A stretch of 64,000 nucleotides of DNA, taken from assembly GCA_045863395.1 (NCBI GenBank), contig BTVJ01000006.1, positions 133,186 through 197,185 on the forward strand, written 5' to 3'. The position numbers and the translations under genes are program-made. Numbering within the stretch: the first letter of the stretch is position 1; each line of letters starts with the position of its first letter. The notes under the pieces were generated by a model, which was not told where the DNA came from, ran no database searches, and was given only the letters and a program-made list of their open reading frames with translations. Of the stretch, positions 61,001-64,000 are shown in pieces. The stretch is from Myxococcales bacterium (lineage in GTDB: Bacteria; Myxococcota_A; UBA9042; JABWCM01; BTVJ01).

Positions 61001-62631
61001 GAGAAGGTCAGGCGCGCGACCCCGTCGTCGTCCGTCGTCACCACCTCGCGGTGCAGCTCGCGCACCACGTCGCCCCCCTGCGCCGGACCGCGCGGCTCCA
61101 CCGTCGTGTCCAGCAGGAGCGCCCGCACGGTCACCTGGGTCTGCACCGCCCGGTCCGCGTAGTCACGGGCGCCAACCTCCACGGTGACCGCCTCGTCTGC
61201 TCGCACGACCAGGGGCTCCGTCCGTGCCGCCAGCCGGAAGGCCGCTGCCGTGACCGCCGCGCTCCCGGAGCCCGACACCCGCTGCCCGTCGGGGCCGGTC
61301 ACCACCGCCGTGAAGCGGTAGACCCAGGTCTCGCCCGACTTCTCCGTGCCCAGCTCGATGACCAGCTCTCCCTTCTCATTGAGCGTCTCCTGGCCCTGCT
61401 TGAGCACCTCGGACTCCAGGGCTGCCCCCTCCCGCTCGCTCAGGTACCCGCTCCTGTCCACGTCGAGCCAGGAGGGCCGGTCGAAGCGGCTCCGCAGCAC
61501 CGACCACTGCACGGGCGCGCCTTTGAGGACACCGCCGCTGTACAGCTCCGCGCGGATACGCACCGCCACGTCGTCGCCCCCGACCACCTGCGGGCGCAGC
61601 GCCCCGACCCGCACCTCGAAGGCAGGCTTACGGAAGTCCTCCACCAGGAAGGCGCCCTCGTAGCTCCCCCCCGCCACCGCCGCCACGAGGCGGAAGCGCC
61701 CTGCCGTGGCCCCCGCGGGCACGACGAAGGAGCCCGAGAAGGTGCCGTGGGCGTTCAAGGGCGCGACGACCTCCGCCACTCCGCCCCCGAGCGCGTCGAG
61801 GACCCGCACGGTGGCCGCTCCTGCTGGTGGGAGCCCCAGGCCCGCCGCCGCGGGCACCCGCGCGATGCCCTTGAAGTACACGGTCTCGCCGGGCTTGTAG
61901 AGGGGCCGCTCCGTCGTCAGGTAGACCCGCGGCGTGGGCACGGACGCGGGGTAGTGCTCCGTGAGACCGAGGCAGACGTCGGCCCCCTCGAAGGCGATGA
62001 CCCGCAGCTCCGGCACGTAGGGCACGGCCCCCCTCCAGGTACCGTCCCGCCCGGTCGTGCCCGTCGCGAGCGTGCGCTGCCCGTCGCTCACCACCACGCT
62101 GACCCCCGGCCGCGCCACCCCGCTTGCCCGGTCCGCCACGAAGACGAGGGCCTCGCCCGCGTCGCGCTTGGTGACGGTGGCCAGGGACGTCGCCGAGATC
62201 AGCGCGTAGGCCGCCTGCCCGAGGAGGTCCACCTCTACCACGTAGAGCCCCGCCCTCTTGGTCTCCACCGGGATGCGCCGCGTCTCGTACCCAGAAGGCA
62301 CGTCCGCCTGGAAGCTCCGCACGTGGGACAGCCCGAACTGTGGCTCGGCGCGCGCCGCCCCACGGAGCGCCACGGTCAGCGCGTCCCGGACCGGCGTGTC
62401 CTCCAGCTCGATGCGGCGGGCGTCTCGCAGCGCCCCAAGGAGCTCCAGCGGCTTGCCGACCGCGAAGACGTGCACGTCGGCCTTGCCGCCGCCCTCCCGT
62501 GCGCGGACCTGCACCTCCGCCTTGCCGCCAGGGACTGCGGCCTGGTCCACGGTCAGATAGAGGGCGGGCGTGTCGGCGGCGGCGGCGCCGGCGAGCAGGA
62601 GCACGAAGAGGGGCAGGAGCCGGTGGAGCAT
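58078..62631 (-). CDS. Bacterial alpha-2-macroglobulin with intact thioester motif
   Basis: TERPLYKPGETV, VEDFRKPAFEV, DKRDYEPG, VAVVD, bait region, DDLTTW, YPYGCVEQTMS, WASTRDT, VEDPLPSG, ALMYRP. Confidence 0.92.
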   Translation of the reverse strand: MLHRLLPLFVLLLAGAAAADTPALYLTVDQAAVPGGKAEVQVRAREGGGKADVHVFAVGKPLELLGALRDARRIELEDTPVRDALTVALRGAARAEPQFGLSHVRSFQADVPSGYETRRIPVETKRAGLYVVEVDLLGQAAYALISATSLATVTKRDAGEALVFVADRASGVARPGVSVVVSDGQRTLATGTTGRDGTWRGAVPYVPELRVIAFEGADVCLGLTEHYPASVPTPRVYLTTERPLYKPGETVYFKGIARVPAAAGLGLPPAGAATVRVLDALGGGVAEVVAPLNAHGTFSGSFVVPAGATAGRFRLVAAVAGGSYEGAFLVEDFRKPAFEVRVGALRPQVVGGDDVAVRIRAELYSGGVLKGAPVQWSVLRSRFDRPSWLDVDRSGYLSEREGAALESEVLKQGQETLNEKGELVIELGTEKSGETWVYRFTAVVTGPDGQRVSGSGSAAVTAAAFRLAARTEPLVVRADEAVTVEVGARDYADRAVQTQVTVRALLLDTTVEPRGPAQGGDVVRELHREVVTTDDDGVARLTFSPGAGGQVQIVAEAEDDRGNRITAVSTVWSSVGSEALTLKAGGLLVLPDKRDYEPGQTARVMVVSPDPDATLLFTEEGGRLLGHRVVKAVGNAAWIEVPLAEAHAPNVFLAVAAVRDGKVRVATRQLVVVPAHRRLSVEVRPDKDVYKAREPGRLTVTTRDAAGKPVAAEVSVAVVDQALFALSPKLAPDLLPYFVPRLRNGVGTDTSAATSFHGFGVRSKRLARPPAKPVMADKKMAEMAPSAAAAPAGAARMEDEAAMAEPEAKEEKKKAKGGKDGKPAAEETTREDLVTTLLWRPHVVTGDDGMATVDVTFSDDLTTWHIAAEAVTDDTRVGQTAATTRTRQDLLVRLDPPGALTERDALAVRAVVQNLTDTDLEVQVSLAAEGADVEGAERTVSVPAQDAVGVSWPTVVRGPSEVVLTATATAGSLRDALKVKTAVRPWGAPGAVRQPLELAGDGADARVTLALPATARPGTAKATVRLASGPVAAIRSALPYLAEYPYGCVEQTMSRFVPLLAARGVLSRLGAGDGLPPDADAMVAAGVGRLLALQGEDGAWGWFGGERDALMSAYALYGLALARELGASVPPEALARGVAALAGVPADRDLPYEVRTFTLHALVLAASDAGAEARRDQALQLFDTIDRAKADPFTQAQMILTLARLGRLEEARTAAKDLAAVALRRGGLAAWAGGGPFAGDEVETTAWALRALLAVDPQHADVVPAMAALLAARTGERWASTRDTAAAVLALTDLLAAGAPALEKARVTVSIGGKARPELVIDPADMAAQDVVVEAGDLKAGEVVIGAEKSGRGLLVGEASLTWLEGGEAIEAASSGLTVSRSWSRLTAPQGGAWRVEPLGGSVSEGDVILVEVTVTPDEEQRYVLVEDPLPSGFRRVRDERDYPVAGRSLVPVADHVERRADRTAFFFGRLAGAQTVTYLLRPELPGQIHALPASAALMYRPAVAGRTGSLRLEVQP

Positions 62632-62824
62632 GGCGACCTCGCGTTGTGGAGGCCGAGCCTAGATCGAATCGCCCGCCGCGTCGAGGGGGCTGAGCGTCCC
62701 TCACCTGGGGGCCGGTTCAGGTTTGCAGGGGCGGACACGCGGACGTTGAGCATGGGCGCGATTGCACGTTGTTGCCGCCAGGGCGGAGGCTCGTCGCTCC
62801 AGAACCGCCGACGCGGCAACCGCG

Positions 62825-64000
62825 TCAGGGGACCCGCGGGTTCCCGCCACCGCCGGTGGCGCCAGCAGCGGGTGCCGCCGCGGGGGAGCCAAAGCGCACG
62901 ACGTGCGTGTTCATGAAGTCGGTCACGAACTGCGGAAACGTGCGGTGGGTGCCGCCTTTGTACCACTCGGCGTAGACCTCGGCGAACCACTCCTCGTCGG
63001 AGAACGCGGCCTTCACGTTTCCCCAAGCGACCATGTCCTGGAACGTGGTCGAGGCGACCGAGAACGCCGCGCTGTACCAGTGGTTGATGAAGAAGTGCGT
63101 CGCCCCGTCCCCCGGCCAGCTCCGGAATCGCCAGTAGTTGTTGGTCCCCCGTTGCCGATGCGCAGAAGCAGGTTCGAGCCGTACCGGCCTCGCAGCGTGT
63201 TCATGTCCGTCGTCACGGCGTCGCTGCCGTCCGCCCTGGACTCGACGACGTCCGGGTGCGCTGCCATGACCGCCGCCTGGAGCGTGGCCTCGAAGGTCGG
63301 CGTCGGAGCGTTGAACGTCCTGCCGGGCCCCCGGTAGTTGTCGAGGGCTGTCCGCACGACCGGCTGCAGGGCCGGCGGCAGGTTGCCGTAGCCGCCTGCG
63401 GCCGTGATCATGGCCTCGATGTTCGCGTAGCGCGTCCACCCGGCCTGCGTGGTGCGCAGTTGGTTGCATACGGCGCCCAGGGCCGCATCGATGGCGTGAC
63501 CGACCTCGTGGCGGAACGTCCCGGCGTATCGCGTGGCGTCCGGCATCTGATTCATCACGACTGTCGTGCCGCTGTGCGTGGCAGGCCCGGTCGCCACGCG
63601 CCGGAGCTGCGTGAAGGTGGACAGCCCCTCCACGTGCGCCGGCGGCAGCACCGCGGGATCGTACATGGCGTCGAGCTCCGCCTGCGTGAAGGTCGTGGCT
63701 CCCCTTCCGGTGACCGTGATGCGGAACCGCACCTCGAACACCCTGAGCTTGTTGGCCAGATCCACGCCGTGGTGCAGCGGGTCGAGCTGCGTCCGGGTGA
63801 CCGCCGTCAGCGGGGTGGCGCGCATCAGCGTGTAGAAGGCGTCGAGCTTCGTGGCCGCCGTGAGCGCCGTGATCGCTGCCCGCGGCGCCGCCGCTGCGAG
63901 CCGCGGCGCCGTTGGTCGCATCGACCGCAGCCGTCAGCGCCGCTGGATTGACAGGGTCAGCAACAAATAGCTGCACGCCCCTCATGGCCGCCTTCGGGCG
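62825..64000 (-). pseudogene. 3' part of a zincin-type metallopeptidase gene interrupted by two compensating frameshifts (5' end probably outside window)
   Basis: HEVGH lies in one frame (63496-63510) and EEWFAE in another (about 62978-62995); codon pattern switches near 63900 and at a G5 run (63146-63150). Confidence 0.6.

Overview
A very GC-rich bacterial chromosomal segment. Its gene content suggests Myxococcota/Deltaproteobacteria (inference): many lipoproteins with Asp/Gly-rich linkers, Cys-rich CDDGNPCT and CNGxDDDCDG repeats, a MYXO-CTERM-like tail and a Ser/Thr kinase with a PEGA domain. About 40 genes. Housekeeping: corA, fadN-fadA, fadH, acnB, aguA-aguB, a ygfZ-like gene, MATE, pap (PPK2), FAH family, MoxR-DUF58-transglutaminase, YbhB, GNAT. 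Surface or secreted enzymes: GH9, GH25, a lipase-like hydrolase, a metzincin, an NdvB-like GH17-GT2 fusion, and alpha-2-macroglobulin with a DUF2135 partner. A small accessory patch holds an orphan DNA methyltransferase, vapBC and an orphan MNT. The most unusual features are: (1) a nicotinamidase-fold/APH-like kinase/CDKN3-like phosphatase fusion whose Asp-Lys-Cys triad looks permuted, next to a Ser/Thr kinase; (2) a GH25 lysozyme gene exactly bracketed by AT-rich 33-bp inverted repeats, with no transposase; (3) a tandem duplication of fadA-orfX-MTase with reciprocal decay, including a near-identical 110-bp repeat carrying an RBS-sequestering hairpin; (4) a 7-bladed propeller inserted inside the Ig domain of GH9; (5) a thioester-intact A2M in a YfaP-type context; (6) a zincin gene split by two compensating frameshifts. 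I saw no rRNA, tRNA or CRISPR array. All family assignments come from motif recognition by eye, not from database searches.
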